In this document: one piece after another, positions 8,517 through 18,759 of the stretch
How the letters are laid out: each line of letters begins with the position of its first letter
Position numbering within the stretch: the stretch's first letter is position 1
DNA from: an uncultured bacterium
Lineage (GTDB): Bacteria > Babelota > Babeliae > Babelales > Babelaceae
Length of the DNA: 64,000 bases
Direction of reading: 5' to 3'
Assembly: GCA_963819815.1 (NCBI GenBank)
Contig: CAWFXL010000001.1
Location: 96,001-160,000, forward strand
Translations under genes and position numbers: made by a program
The notes under the pieces: model-generated
Database searches by the model: none
Seen by the model: the letters and a program-made list of their open reading frames with translations, nothing else
What the model was told of the DNA's origin: nothing

Positions 8517-10202
8517 TTAGAGGGCTATATAATGTTCTTTACGAAGGTATTTTGCTTCTGAGGCCTGAGCATCAGCATTATAGGCCTGTTGGTTGTATTC
8601 GCTACGGGCAATGACTTTGACTGCGCCTCGCGTAATAAGGTCCATATCGTCGGCAATAATGTAAGCGAAGCCATTATCAATGAGCGCTAACTCGATCATA
8701 TCACGATAGAGTATTACGGGGCTTGATTGATATGCTAGGTAAACGTTGGGAAACTTGGCTTGTAATTGTGTTTTAATGGTGATTGGATCGCTAATCCTTC
8801 GAATGATTTCTGAAGCCGCCTCAATAAAAGCCATATTGTGCTCAATCTCGAGTGAGATAGGTTGCACGTGGATTCGTGGATGCGCTCTGTTGGTACATGA
8901 GATTATGATGTCTGCAGGAGGATGCACTTGGTTTTCTTCTTCAGAGATTTCTTCTAGGGGCGCGCCAGTAAGATACACTTCCACAAGGCTAACCTCTTCA
9001 GGGTTATCCGCATAGCTGAGTTCATGGGGATCAATCATCGTCATTATGGTGCTCTTAAGGGCAGGGTTCTCAAGGCATGCTCCACAATAATGGTAGGTAT
9101 TGCTAAATACGTTAATGCACCCAGGGAGAGCCTTCTTTGACTGGTCAAATAGGTTTATATGCAAGCCTGTTTGCCTCGCAAATTCTTTAAGAGCAGCTAA
9201 CAACGCTGTATGTTTCTTATATTTAGGATGAGCTGTTGCCTCAATCACATTAACGGTAATATTCTTGAAACCGTCTGTTTGCAGTTCGCGGATAGCCCAG
9301 AAGTCTTGGATAAGTAGCCCAGATCCGAAGGAGGTATACACAATGGGAGTCTGCTTATCCTGACCTTGCATGCGCTGTTTCATATCAAGAAGAAGCTCAA
9401 TACGCTTTTTGAGAGGGGCATCATCGCAGAAGCATCGTTGCAAAGGAAAGTCTTCACTATAGTAGATCTGAAGATCTTCGTACAGTAGCGTTGTTACGCG
9501 TTCTTTTTGTTGAGCGGATCCTTCTTTATAGTAGGTATCTACAATTTTTTTAATCGCTTGTTTTGTTGAAAGTCCGATTTCTGTACTTGCAGCATCTTCA
9601 ATTATTGTGACATATGCGGCAAATAGTTCATCAGGTAGGGTTGTTGTGACTCGCGCCTTTGCGATTCCTGCTTGAGGCTTAGCAAAAGAAAGAGCAATTG
9701 CATGTTGGAGATCTGTAGCTTCTTGCTCGATGGTTTGCGCTGATTTCTGCAGTCTGCCTTCTGTGTTGGGAATCCGCGCATCTTGACTGCTAGAGCTACT
9801 GCTAGTTGCAGGCACTTGGGGGCTAGGTCTTACTGCGGGTGTTGGATTAGCTTGATTTGTGCTACCTCTAGGTGACAGTGCGTGTGGGCTAGGCCTTCCG
9901 GATGGTGTAAACGATGCCTGCGTACTAGGACTACTGCTCACAACACAAGCATGGAGGCTAGGTCTTACTCCTGGCGTAGGAGTTACCTGACTATTAGTGC
10001 TATTTTTAGGTACTCGTGCGTGCGGGTTAGGTCTTGCTGATGGAGTTCGAGGAGCTTGGCTGCTGTTACTGCTTCTAATTACTGGTGCATGTGGGCTAAG
10101 CCTTACTGCTGGTGCCGATTGGGGAGATTTTTGGTCCATTGAATTAACTTGAGAGCTGATCAATGGGGCAAATAGGAGTATAGAAACTGTAATTTTATTC
10201 AT
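8517..10202 (-). CDS. Secreted hypothetical protein with five ~23-aa P/S-rich repeats, a UIM-like motif and a possible SAM-binding-like C-terminal domain
   Basis: Signal peptide; repeats of RPSPHA type; QEATDLQHAIALSF; VYTSFGSG loop. Confidence 0.75.
   Translation of the reverse strand: MNKITVSILLFAPLISSQVNSMDQKSPQSAPAVRLSPHAPVIRSSNSSQAPRTPSARPNPHARVPKNSTNSQVTPTPGVRPSLHACVVSSSPSTQASFTPSGRPSPHALSPRGSTNQANPTPAVRPSPQVPATSSSSSSQDARIPNTEGRLQKSAQTIEQEATDLQHAIALSFAKPQAGIAKARVTTTLPDELFAAYVTIIEDAASTEIGLSTKQAIKKIVDTYYKEGSAQQKERVTTLLYEDLQIYYSEDFPLQRCFCDDAPLKKRIELLLDMKQRMQGQDKQTPIVYTSFGSGLLIQDFWAIRELQTDGFKNITVNVIEATAHPKYKKHTALLAALKEFARQTGLHINLFDQSKKALPGCINVFSNTYHYCGACLENPALKSTIMTMIDPHELSYADNPEEVSLVEVYLTGAPLEEISEEENQVHPPADIIISCTNRAHPRIHVQPISLEIEHNMAFIEAASEIIRRISDPITIKTQLQAKFPNVYLAYQSSPVILYRDMIELALIDNGFAYIIADDMDLITRGAVKVIARSEYNQQAYNADAQASEAKYLRKEHYIAL
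9780..10115. repeat. Intragenic tandem repeat, ~69-bp period, 5 copies
   Basis: GGGCTAGGTCTTAC-like cores near 9820, 9886, 9955, 10024, 10093. Confidence 0.8.
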
Positions 10203-10669
10203 AATGAGTCTCGTTAGTTTTTTCTATAATAATTATTCTCTATTTAAGATATTATAATGGTGGCCACCTGTCAAGGCGGGGGGAAATGTGAGGCAGGTAA
10301 TAGTTCTGTGACTCTGAGCTTGCAAGGGCATTATAAGAAGATAGGCATGGAGCAAATATTATATGAAGTGCCTTACAATTGGATTACTGATGTAGGAACT
10401 CGTTCATAATAGTGATGTTTAAAAAGCGTCGAGAATGTGTGGCTTTAATAAATCGCTACGTAATGGCTATAGGAAGCATTATAGATAGGCGATGATCGGT
10501 ATAACTAATGATTAATCATCAGAATCATGAAAATGAGATTAAGAGAAAGGGCAAGTTTAAGACTATGCAGTAAGGTAACATCCAAGGACTCTCGAAACTT
10601 TTTCCCGTAGGATTGAGAATTTGTGGTATGATGAGAAGATATAAGAAGGTAGTCAAAGGTGGGTAACAT

Positions 10670-12580
10670 ATGAATCTTAATTTAGCGCGAAAATGGCGAT
10701 CAAAACAATTTGATGAAATTGTGGGCCAGCCCCTTGCAATGCGTCTTCTTAAAAATAGTCTTTATCGGAATCTGATATTTCCGGTCTACCTATTATCAGG
10801 GACTCGAGGTACGGGAAAGACGAGCACAGCTCGTATATTCGCAGCAGCTTTAAATTGTAAGAAGCTACCTGAGTTCCAGAAAGATCCTCAACAACAGCCG
10901 CTTCCCTGTCTTTCTTGTGACTCATGCAAAGCTATGCAGCAGATGAATCATCCCGATGTTATAGAGATTGATGCAGCATCGAATACTGGGGTTGATAATG
11001 TCCGTCAGATTATTGAAGCGGCCTCTTTCATACCTGTCTTAGGTGGTAAGAAGATTTATCTGATTGATGAAGCTCATATGCTCAGTAAGGCAGCATTTAA
11101 TGCCTTTTTAAAGATCCTTGAAGAGCCGCCACAAACGGTTGTTTTTATGTTAGTTACTACAGATCCTCATAAGATCATTCCTACGGTCCTTTCTCGCTGT
11201 TTTCAGGTATTTTTTGATCCTATTAAGCCTGCTGAGGTTGTACGCCACCTTACGTTTATTGGTGAGCAAGAGGGCATTGCAGCTGAGCCTGAAGCACTCT
11301 TGTTGATTGCTCAAGAAACAGAAGGGTGCATGCGTGATGCCCTAAATCTTCTTGAACGATTGCGGGCACTGCCAGAGCTTACTGGTACTGGTTCCTCATC
11401 GTTTATAACTAAAGAGATGGTGCTTACGGTTCTTGGAAGCATTGATGATGATCGTATTGGACAACTGTTACTTTCTATTGTAGCAGGAAACCATTCTCAG
11501 GTTCTTGACACCTGGCAACGTCTTGAAATGAATCGCTTTAATCCAGGTAGCGTCTGGGAAAAACTTGTTGCAACACTTCGGCGTAGCCTATGGCTTAAAC
11601 AGGCGGTTGCTCCTGATGAGATGCCCATACCCCAAGTGCTTCAGAACGTTGTGGATACTGCTTCCTATGAGCATCTCATACGTATGCTCGAAATCTGTTA
11701 TACTCATGAGTTAGCATTTGCAAAAACTTCAGCGCCGGGGACCCTTCTAGAACTGCTCATCTTGAAAATGGTTACCCCAGAGAAAGAGGGCGCTGCTCCC
11801 AAACGAGAAAGTTCTACGCCACATATCGTGGTACCTGCACAGTCTAAGAAACAGGTAGTACCGCCATCCTTTACGAGGGAACCAAGTACTCCAGTTGAGC
11901 CAGTGAAGGGTGCATTAGGTACGAGTGAGGTTGCTGCTCAACAGATTAATCCTCAAGATGACCAGAAAGCTTCGCTTGAAAAAAAAGATGCGCAACCTGA
12001 AGTATTACAAGATACGAGTGCTGAAGCTGTAGGATCATGGAGTGCGTGTTTACAAGAGCTTGAACTGATGCAAGATCCTCTTGTAGTTTCTATATTTAAG
12101 CAATGCGCAGCTCACGTGCATAATGAGCAGGAAAAAACGCTTGAACTTACTTTTTCACAGGATCTTATATTTTTTAAAGATTGGTTGAAAAACACGGAGA
12201 AAGTGTGGAAACCGATCATTGAAAAATTCTTTGGTGTAGGCACTGAGCTCCGACCAAAATTTGATGGTGTATCAACGAAGCAGCGACCAGTCATTGCAGT
12301 ACCTATCAGGCCTGCAAAACCTGTCGTACAAACAGCTACTCATGTACAGAATACCGTTACTCAGAAAGTGGCTCCAGCACAAGCGGTACCAAGACCTTCG
12401 GCTCAAACAAATGCTCCGGTTAAGAAAAGTAGTTTTGAGCAGCGCTCTCCTCAGAAAACTCCTTCGCAGGAACCTGTAGGAAAAGCAGTTTCTCCCAATG
12501 GACTAAAAATTGGCTCGATGGTAACTGAAGCCTTTCCAGGGCGGCTCCTTGTGTTAGATACTTCTAAGGAGAGTTTATGA
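10670..12580 (+). CDS. dnaX: DNA polymerase III subunit gamma/tau
   Basis: LARKWR, GTRGTGKTS, zinc Cys cluster, EIDAASNTGVD, IDEAHMLS..AFNA.LK.LEEPP, SRC. Confidence 0.95.
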   Translation: MNLNLARKWRSKQFDEIVGQPLAMRLLKNSLYRNLIFPVYLLSGTRGTGKTSTARIFAAALNCKKLPEFQKDPQQQPLPCLSCDSCKAMQQMNHPDVIEIDAASNTGVDNVRQIIEAASFIPVLGGKKIYLIDEAHMLSKAAFNAFLKILEEPPQTVVFMLVTTDPHKIIPTVLSRCFQVFFDPIKPAEVVRHLTFIGEQEGIAAEPEALLLIAQETEGCMRDALNLLERLRALPELTGTGSSSFITKEMVLTVLGSIDDDRIGQLLLSIVAGNHSQVLDTWQRLEMNRFNPGSVWEKLVATLRRSLWLKQAVAPDEMPIPQVLQNVVDTASYEHLIRMLEICYTHELAFAKTSAPGTLLELLILKMVTPEKEGAAPKRESSTPHIVVPAQSKKQVVPPSFTREPSTPVEPVKGALGTSEVAAQQINPQDDQKASLEKKDAQPEVLQDTSAEAVGSWSACLQELELMQDPLVVSIFKQCAAHVHNEQEKTLELTFSQDLIFFKDWLKNTEKVWKPIIEKFFGVGTELRPKFDGVSTKQRPVIAVPIRPAKPVVQTATHVQNTVTQKVAPAQAVPRPSAQTNAPVKKSSFEQRSPQKTPSQEPVGKAVSPNGLKIGSMVTEAFPGRLLVLDTSKESL

Positions 12581-13911
12581 GTACTATAGCTCAAGTGGTA
12601 ATTGTCGGGCGTGTAAATGTAGGTAAATCAACCTTGTTCAATCGCTTATCTCAAAGAGTTAAAAGTATAACCCTTGATTTTGAAGGGGTAACGCGAGATT
12701 ATCTTAAGGAAGAGGTTGCGTGGCGCGACTCCCGGTTCGACTTGATTGATAGCGGGGGTATCCATTTACGCAAATCTCAAGATCCTCTTTTTGAGAGAAT
12801 ACGTACGCAGGTGCTCCAGCTTGTGCAAGATGCCGATGTTATTATGTTTATGGTTGATGGCACGGTAGGGGTATTGCAAGAGGATCATGAGCTTTCGCGA
12901 TATATCCATAAACTGAATAAGCCTTCAGTGCTCGTGATTAATAAAATGGATAGTAAGCGAGCTCAGGAACAGGAGTTTGAGTTTGATCGTTTAGGATTTG
13001 AGCATCAAATGGGGATATCTGCAGAGCATGGCAAGAATATTCCGGATCTTTTAGATCTGCTCGTTACGCTCATACCAAAAAAGGTAACGCATAAACCTCA
13101 AAAAAAATCTGATTTTCGAGTTATGTTTCTTGGAAAACCGAATGTTGGGAAGTCTTCCTTAATGAATGCTCTCCTTGAAGAGGAGCGTGCGCTGGTATCA
13201 GACGTTCCTGGAACGACACGAGAGGCATTTTCAGAACAGATAACCTTCTATAAGGAAGTAATTGGGATAACCGATACTCCCGGGATTCGTAGGCAAAGTT
13301 CGGTAAAGGGTGAACTCGAGCCATTAATGGTGAAAAGTGCATTCCAGGCTTTGAGGTCTTCTCATATCGTTATGTTACTCATTGACGGATCATCAGATAC
13401 GCTGGTGGATCAGGAGTTGAAGCTCGCTTTTTATGTGTACCAGGAGAAGTTTAAGTCGTTAATTTTGTTGATTAACAAGGATGATTTGGTAACTGAGCAG
13501 AGTAAAGTAAGCCTAGAAAGAAGTATGGAATATTATAAACATCTTATTGATAAAATTCCGGTACTCCATATATCCTGTAAAACAGGAAAGAATATTGGAC
13601 GTGTATTACCTCTCGTTCAGAAAGTCTGGGAGCACACCAGCCAAAAATTTGATCCAGCTGCCTTGCAGCGTACATGCATTGAAGGACTGATGAAAAAGCC
13701 CCTCTATGCTAAGCAAAAACCATTGATCTTATACAAAGTGCGTCAGGTGCATGTAGCGCCGATTACGATAGAGTTTGTAGTTAATGAATCTCGCTGGTTT
13801 GGTCCCTCACAGCTAAGTTTTTTTGATAATCTCTTGAGATCAGAGTATGATATGGTTGGTGTACCGATTAAGTTTATTGTTAAGAAGAGGAAAGAGGTAT
13901 TAAACGCATGA
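12577..13911 (+). CDS. der: Ribosome biogenesis GTPase Der (EngA)
   Basis: Two tandem G domains (GRVNVGKSTLFN; GKPNVGKSSLMN) plus C-terminal KH-like domain. Confidence 0.95.
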   Translation: MSTIAQVVIVGRVNVGKSTLFNRLSQRVKSITLDFEGVTRDYLKEEVAWRDSRFDLIDSGGIHLRKSQDPLFERIRTQVLQLVQDADVIMFMVDGTVGVLQEDHELSRYIHKLNKPSVLVINKMDSKRAQEQEFEFDRLGFEHQMGISAEHGKNIPDLLDLLVTLIPKKVTHKPQKKSDFRVMFLGKPNVGKSSLMNALLEEERALVSDVPGTTREAFSEQITFYKEVIGITDTPGIRRQSSVKGELEPLMVKSAFQALRSSHIVMLLIDGSSDTLVDQELKLAFYVYQEKFKSLILLINKDDLVTEQSKVSLERSMEYYKHLIDKIPVLHISCKTGKNIGRVLPLVQKVWEHTSQKFDPAALQRTCIEGLMKKPLYAKQKPLILYKVRQVHVAPITIEFVVNESRWFGPSQLSFFDNLLRSEYDMVGVPIKFIVKKRKEVLNA

Positions 13912-14240
13912 ATAAACGAATCACCTATAGAGGAATAGATAGCACGCCGGTTCTTGAAGAGTTTATTAACAGCCATCTTGATAAGGTAGTTAAGCTTCTT
14001 GAGCATGAGCCTACTCCTATTATGATAGATTTTGTTCTTGAAGCCTCAGCGGTACATGCTCACGATAAGGTAGAGCTTCGCGTTAAAACTCCCCATTATG
14101 ATTTAATTGCTCATCATGAAGGTCCAGAGATGTACCAGGAAATTGATAAAGTGGTTGATAAGATGGTCAGAGAGATTAGACGTGCTAAAGAAAAGCGTCT
14201 TGATGAAGAGAAGAGTCAAGATTCTTTTAAAAGTGCGTGA
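13908..14240 (+). CDS. hpf: Ribosome hibernation promoting factor / RaiA family
   Basis: 110 aa; IT.RGID.TP.L..., MY..ID.VVDKM.R.IRR.KEK. Confidence 0.85.
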   Translation: MNKRITYRGIDSTPVLEEFINSHLDKVVKLLEHEPTPIMIDFVLEASAVHAHDKVELRVKTPHYDLIAHHEGPEMYQEIDKVVDKMVREIRRAKEKRLDEEKSQDSFKSA

Positions 14241-14270
14241 GATCACCTAAGTTTAGTTACACATGATGAG

Positions 14271-14298
14271 AAGCCTCGGATTACCCGGGGCTTTTTTT
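14271..14298 (+). terminator. Intrinsic terminator
   Basis: AAGCCTCGG-ATTA-CCCGGGGCTTTTTTT. Confidence 0.75.
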
Positions 14299-14369
14299 GT
14301 TGCCTAGGGACTGAAGCAAAAGTCCTTTTCAAAAGTCTGATGACGAGACAATGCAGTCCTCCCTTTTTC

Positions 14370-14522
14370 TATAATAACAACTAAAAGTACTAAAAATTCG
14401 TACCTTTAGTTGTTAAGTGATAAAAATTATTCTTTTAGAGCCGGAGGAATCTTGACTGTGGAGACCTCTATAAGATATAATAACAACTAAAAGTACTAAA
14501 AATTCGTACCTTTGGTTGTTAA
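14370..14522 (+). promoter_or_regulatory. Two copies of a 47-bp element, each an inverted repeat; putative AbiEi operators around the promoter
   Basis: TATAATAACAACTAAAAGTAC-TAAAAATTC-GTACCTTT(A/G)GTTGTTAA at 14370-14416 and 14476-14522; TTGACT(14452)-18 nt-TATAAT(14476). Confidence 0.8.
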
Positions 14523-15119
14523 ATGAAGTTAAATATTCTTAAAGAGCTTTTACGAACAAAGCAGACGATCTTTTCCTTCAAAGAACTGTTAATGATTATG
14601 GGCAGTTCAGATGTAGTGAGTCTTCGAAAGAAGCTGATCTATTATGTGCGAACGGGAGAGTTGTACCATATCCGTAGAGGCTTGTATGCAAAAGATGAGA
14701 AGTATGATCGATATGAGTTGGCTACAAAGATTCTTACGCCCTCGTACATAAGCTTTGAAACAGTACTCTTGAGAGCTGGCATCGTTTTTCAATTTACAAG
14801 CCAAATTTTTGTTGCATCCTATACGTCTAGAACTCTTATACTGGATGGCCAAGAATATATTTTTCGCACTATTAAGGCACCTATTCTTACGAATACCCTT
14901 GGCGTTGAGATTCGGGAAACATATAGTATTGCAACTCCCGAGCGGGCATTTCTTGATATGCTGTATATCCATAAAGATTATTATTTTGATAATGAGGCCT
15001 CACTCGATTGGAAAAAAGTTTTTGAAATTTTGCCAATTTATAACAATAAGCGTATGACGAAAATTGTTAATGAGCACTTTAAAGAAGTTACTTCAGAAAG
15101 GACAGTTCATGGCACTTGA
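14523..15119 (+). CDS. Type IV TA antitoxin, AbiEi-like
   Basis: N-terminal wHTH with IRRGLY, PSYISFET.L...G, ATPERAFLD.LY; upstream of a nucleotidyltransferase. Confidence 0.85.
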   Translation: MKLNILKELLRTKQTIFSFKELLMIMGSSDVVSLRKKLIYYVRTGELYHIRRGLYAKDEKYDRYELATKILTPSYISFETVLLRAGIVFQFTSQIFVASYTSRTLILDGQEYIFRTIKAPILTNTLGVEIRETYSIATPERAFLDMLYIHKDYYFDNEASLDWKKVFEILPIYNNKRMTKIVNEHFKEVTSERTVHGT

Positions 15120-15837
15120 TCAAGCAACCCATAAAAGTATTTTGATGAGCGTGCTGCGTGACATCTTTAGTGATTTTGAAATAGCGCCCTATCTTGGATT
15201 TAAAGGGGGTACTGCTGCTATGTTGTTTTATGATTTACCAAGGTTTTCTGTTGACCTGGATTTTGATCTTTTGCACGAAGGCCGGTCTGATGAAGTTTTT
15301 GAGCATTTGAAGCACATTCTTGCAAACTACGGAGTTGTGAAAGAAGCTCGAAGAAAACGGTTTGGGTTTCTTTTTTTGCTTTCATATCACAACAAACAGG
15401 AAGGCGCCCATAATGTCAAAGTTGAAGTTAATATCAAAAACTTTGGTTCGCGCTATGAGATAAAGAGATACTTGGGTATAGCCATGAATGTTATGGTTGA
15501 GCAGGACATGGTAGCGCATAAAATGGTGGCTCTGTATGAAAGAATGGGCAAAGCCAATAGGGATGTCTTTGATGTTTGGTATTTCCTTAAGAATCATGCA
15601 TCAATCAATATCAAGATTATTGAACAAAGAACCGGCATGTCGTATTCCGATTTTCTCAAGGCATGCATCAAGGGATTAGAGGGCCTTGATAAGAAGCAGA
15701 GCCTTTCTGGACTGGGGCAGCTACTTACTGAACAACAGAAAGTATGGTGCAAAGTACACCTTATACCTGATATAGTGTTCCTTTTACGTTTAGCCCTCAA
15801 TAGTGAAGAAAGTATCTCCAATCGTAGTCGCACCTAG
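15109..15837 (+). CDS. Type IV TA toxin, AbiEii-like nucleotidyltransferase
   Basis: FKGGTA....Y.LPRFSVDLDF, K..AL.ER...RD.FD; start at MALDQ overlapping the antitoxin stop. Confidence 0.9.
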   Translation: MALDQATHKSILMSVLRDIFSDFEIAPYLGFKGGTAAMLFYDLPRFSVDLDFDLLHEGRSDEVFEHLKHILANYGVVKEARRKRFGFLFLLSYHNKQEGAHNVKVEVNIKNFGSRYEIKRYLGIAMNVMVEQDMVAHKMVALYERMGKANRDVFDVWYFLKNHASINIKIIEQRTGMSYSDFLKACIKGLEGLDKKQSLSGLGQLLTEQQKVWCKVHLIPDIVFLLRLALNSEESISNRSRT

Positions 15838-15853
15838 TACCAGTTGTCTTGTG

Positions 15854-17737
15854 CTAGGCAGATCTCGTCTCAGGCGAAAGTGAATGAGCATGCTCCCGTA
15901 TAACCTTTTCAAATGACTCGGCTACTCCTTCGAGACTTAACTCATCGATTTCAACACTCCATTTTTTAAGGACAATCTCTTTTTGTGGATCTACGAGTAA
16001 ATAGGTAGGAAAGCCGATAATCTCATGACCATAGAGCTTTTTAATCTGCTCATAGCTTTCTACTTGTATGTCTGAATCGATCTTTAAGAGAGTCATGCGA
16101 GAAAGCGTAGGCTGTAATGACGGTTGCTTAAATATGCGTGTATCAAATGCTTTACATGCTGCACAATAAGTTGCTCCAATATCAATAAAGAGGAGCTTGC
16201 TATCGGTACGAGCCTGATCCCGAGCTCCGGCATAGTCATGGTGCCAAACAGCCATTGTTGTTTCTGTACGCGTCTCCTCCGGAAAGAGATGCTCAAGTAG
16301 GGCTTTTTGGCCTTGTGCACCTATAATGCATGCAATCACGATTAGCAGAGTTCCCATGAAGTTCTTATAGCGACGAAGCCAGAGTGAGTCATACGGTTTA
16401 ATCGTTACGAAGTAATAGATACCAAGTACGAGGAAGGTAAGGACTGATAGCCAGACAAAGAGATACCAGGGGAATAACCTTTCGAGGTGTGAAAGATGAT
16501 AGAGTGCCATACTGATAAGCATGATGCCCACGATCTTTTTCACTTCGATCATCCAAGCTCCAGCTTTTGGTAACATGGAGAGTGATCCTGAAAAAGTTCC
16601 TATGATAAGCAGTGGTAAGCTTGAACCTACCCCAAAGATAAAGAGAAGAATAAAACCTTCGAAGTACCCGGTGATCGATACGGCAGCAAGATGTGCCACA
16701 TAGTTCAAAATAAGAATAAGCCCTGGAGATAAGCAGGGTGAAGCCACCGTACCGCTAAGAACTCCAAAGATAAAGGCCGAACGCTTAGAGCCGCCTTTTA
16801 CTTTGGAGTTTCTTGATTGGAGCCATGCGGGAATTGGCATCTGAAGAATATCAAACATAATGAGACCAAAATAAACGAGTAGCGCAGAAAGTGGCAGAAT
16901 GATATAGGGACTGCCCTGTAACTCACCAAAGATACAACTTCCAAGTGCGGCAATTAAACCGAGCATGGCAAACGTAAGTGATATACCCAAAGTATAAAAC
17001 AGGGCAAGTAAAAAATTGTGAAATGCTGAAACTGAGCCACTTGCCTGAAGTACCCCGATCGTGATAGGAATCATAGGATAGATACAGGGCGTGAGACTAA
17101 GCATTATACCAAGAAGAAGCGCTGCAAGTATACGTACGGTGCGAGAGCCTGTTTGGGTAAAGAGTGAGGTCAGAGTTGCCTGTGCATGTGAAATGGTAAT
17201 ACTCAGATAATTAAGTACTTTTCTAAAGAGATTACCTACGATCGATGGCTGGGTAGGTTCACATTCGAGCGGAGTCGCAAGGGGAGCCTTTTTTTGTTGA
17301 GTTTGCGTTGCTTCAGCAGCTGGAACAGCTTTTTGAGGAAGCGAAAAGAACAGAGAGACCGTTTTTTCTTGAGGCTGCTTATCGCTACTCACCATAAAAT
17401 GGGTATGCACGAGCGCTTCTGGATGTTGAGCGTTAGGTTTAATAGTAGCGATCGTTTTAAAGGTCACCTTATCCTTATAACCGTCCTTATGCTTTTTATA
17501 GGTCTCATCAAAAAATGATACCGGCTCAGAGGTTGTTATTAAAGGTGATAGGGTAACCACTGGAGTATTCACACTGGGAATAAGGCTTTCTTTATAGAGA
17601 TATTCCTGTGGTTGTAGGGTAAAGGTAAGCGCAATCTCTTGAGTAGTGGGAGACAATTCTTTGAGTGTTTCCTTTACCTCATAAGCCTGTAGTATGCTAT
17701 AGGTACTTATGAGAGTTATATACATAAGTTTTTTCAT
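15854..17737 (-). CDS. dsbD: Thiol:disulfide interchange protein DsbD-like
   Basis: SLTPCIYPMIPI, ASPCLSP, LPKAGAWM, C-terminal thioredoxin CAAC. Confidence 0.9.
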   Translation of the reverse strand: MKKLMYITLISTYSILQAYEVKETLKELSPTTQEIALTFTLQPQEYLYKESLIPSVNTPVVTLSPLITTSEPVSFFDETYKKHKDGYKDKVTFKTIATIKPNAQHPEALVHTHFMVSSDKQPQEKTVSLFFSLPQKAVPAAEATQTQQKKAPLATPLECEPTQPSIVGNLFRKVLNYLSITISHAQATLTSLFTQTGSRTVRILAALLLGIMLSLTPCIYPMIPITIGVLQASGSVSAFHNFLLALFYTLGISLTFAMLGLIAALGSCIFGELQGSPYIILPLSALLVYFGLIMFDILQMPIPAWLQSRNSKVKGGSKRSAFIFGVLSGTVASPCLSPGLILILNYVAHLAAVSITGYFEGFILLFIFGVGSSLPLLIIGTFSGSLSMLPKAGAWMIEVKKIVGIMLISMALYHLSHLERLFPWYLFVWLSVLTFLVLGIYYFVTIKPYDSLWLRRYKNFMGTLLIVIACIIGAQGQKALLEHLFPEETRTETTMAVWHHDYAGARDQARTDSKLLFIDIGATYCAACKAFDTRIFKQPSLQPTLSRMTLLKIDSDIQVESYEQIKKLYGHEIIGFPTYLLVDPQKEIVLKKWSVEIDELSLEGVAESFEKVIREHAHSLSPETRSA

Positions 17738-17829
17738 TGTAAGATCCTTTATCCGGTAATCCTGGTGCTCATGATGTAGTATGAAGGACTTGCCATTTTT
17801 GTTGCTCTGCATAGACTTAGTATGACCGT

Positions 17830-17905
17830 GGGGTTGTAGCTCATCTGGTAGAGCGCATGGATGGCATTCATGAGGTAATGGGTTCGACTCCCATCAACTC
17901 CACCA
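17830..17905 (+). tRNA. tRNA-Ala(GGC)
   Basis: 76-nt cloverleaf, G3:U70 pair, anticodon GGC, GGTTCGACTCC, CCA end. Confidence 0.95.
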
Positions 17906-17906
17906 T

Positions 17907-18722
17907 TTATAATTCTTTAATAGCGATATTTCCTCGTGTTGCCCCAAGAGTTATCGGTGCAACGTTTTCCATGGTTAGCTCTGTTTCTGTTTTGGCACCT
18001 AAGATGCCGTTTACTTCTTTTCTCAGACGATCAATCCAGTTCTTATCAAGTTTTGTGGTGATTGTCATAGAAACAGGATGATCAGATGTTATTGTTCCAT
18101 GTTGTACTGTTGCTTGTAGGGACGCACGAGTTTCAGGTGGCAAGGAAAGGGTGATATTTCCTTTGTCTGAAGATTGTAAAAAGATACTCTGCGTATCTAG
18201 GAGCTTTGACTGGCTGACCGAGATCGATCCAGTACCAGTTTTTGCAATGACCGATTTTTTAGAGCCTCGTATATCGATGGCCCCATCTTCTACAGAGACA
18301 TCGATATCACCTTCAACACCTTGTATGGTTACCGGACCATTGGTCTGAGTTATCTTCAGAGAAACATCTTCAGGAACCCGCAGGGTATACTCAACCTGTG
18401 CAGTACTTTTTTCATCTTTAGGATGGGTTCGTATTAATACTTCAGATCCGGTTACTTTGTTCGTAACCGTGGTTCCCTCAACAAGTTCCAAGGTTCCTGT
18501 TTTTTGGATATCAAGTGCAATCTTTTGTTGACCCCATGGCTTAACCGTAATAGAGCCATCAGTATTATAAAGCTCTACATGGGCATTCTTAGGTACAGGG
18601 ATCGATTGTTCGATTTTCTGCACTTCCTTTTTTTTCATAAAGTTTAGATTAAAATTGATTGCTCCTAGCTGAATGTGGTATACCTGAGTAGACAGAAGTA
18701 GGAAAAGAAGTAGTTTATTCAT
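17907..18722 (-). CDS. Secreted DUF4097 / adhesin-like beta-strand repeat protein
   Basis: Signal peptide at MNKLLL; repeated G.I.V/I motifs (NTDGSITV, TNGPVTI, EDGAIDI, GTGSISV). Confidence 0.75.
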   Translation of the reverse strand: MNKLLLFLLLSTQVYHIQLGAINFNLNFMKKKEVQKIEQSIPVPKNAHVELYNTDGSITVKPWGQQKIALDIQKTGTLELVEGTTVTNKVTGSEVLIRTHPKDEKSTAQVEYTLRVPEDVSLKITQTNGPVTIQGVEGDIDVSVEDGAIDIRGSKKSVIAKTGTGSISVSQSKLLDTQSIFLQSSDKGNITLSLPPETRASLQATVQHGTITSDHPVSMTITTKLDKNWIDRLRKEVNGILGAKTETELTMENVAPITLGATRGNIAIKEL

Positions 18723-18759
18723 AAGATCTGTTCCTTTATGTAGGGCGTCGGAAATCACT

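Noticed and set aside
17857..18081. Short ORFs overlapping tRNAs (also 7799-8068, 7809-8186) and the many antisense ORFs in the track
   Set aside because: Shadow frames of tRNAs, SRP RNA or well-supported genes, with no recognisable motifs.
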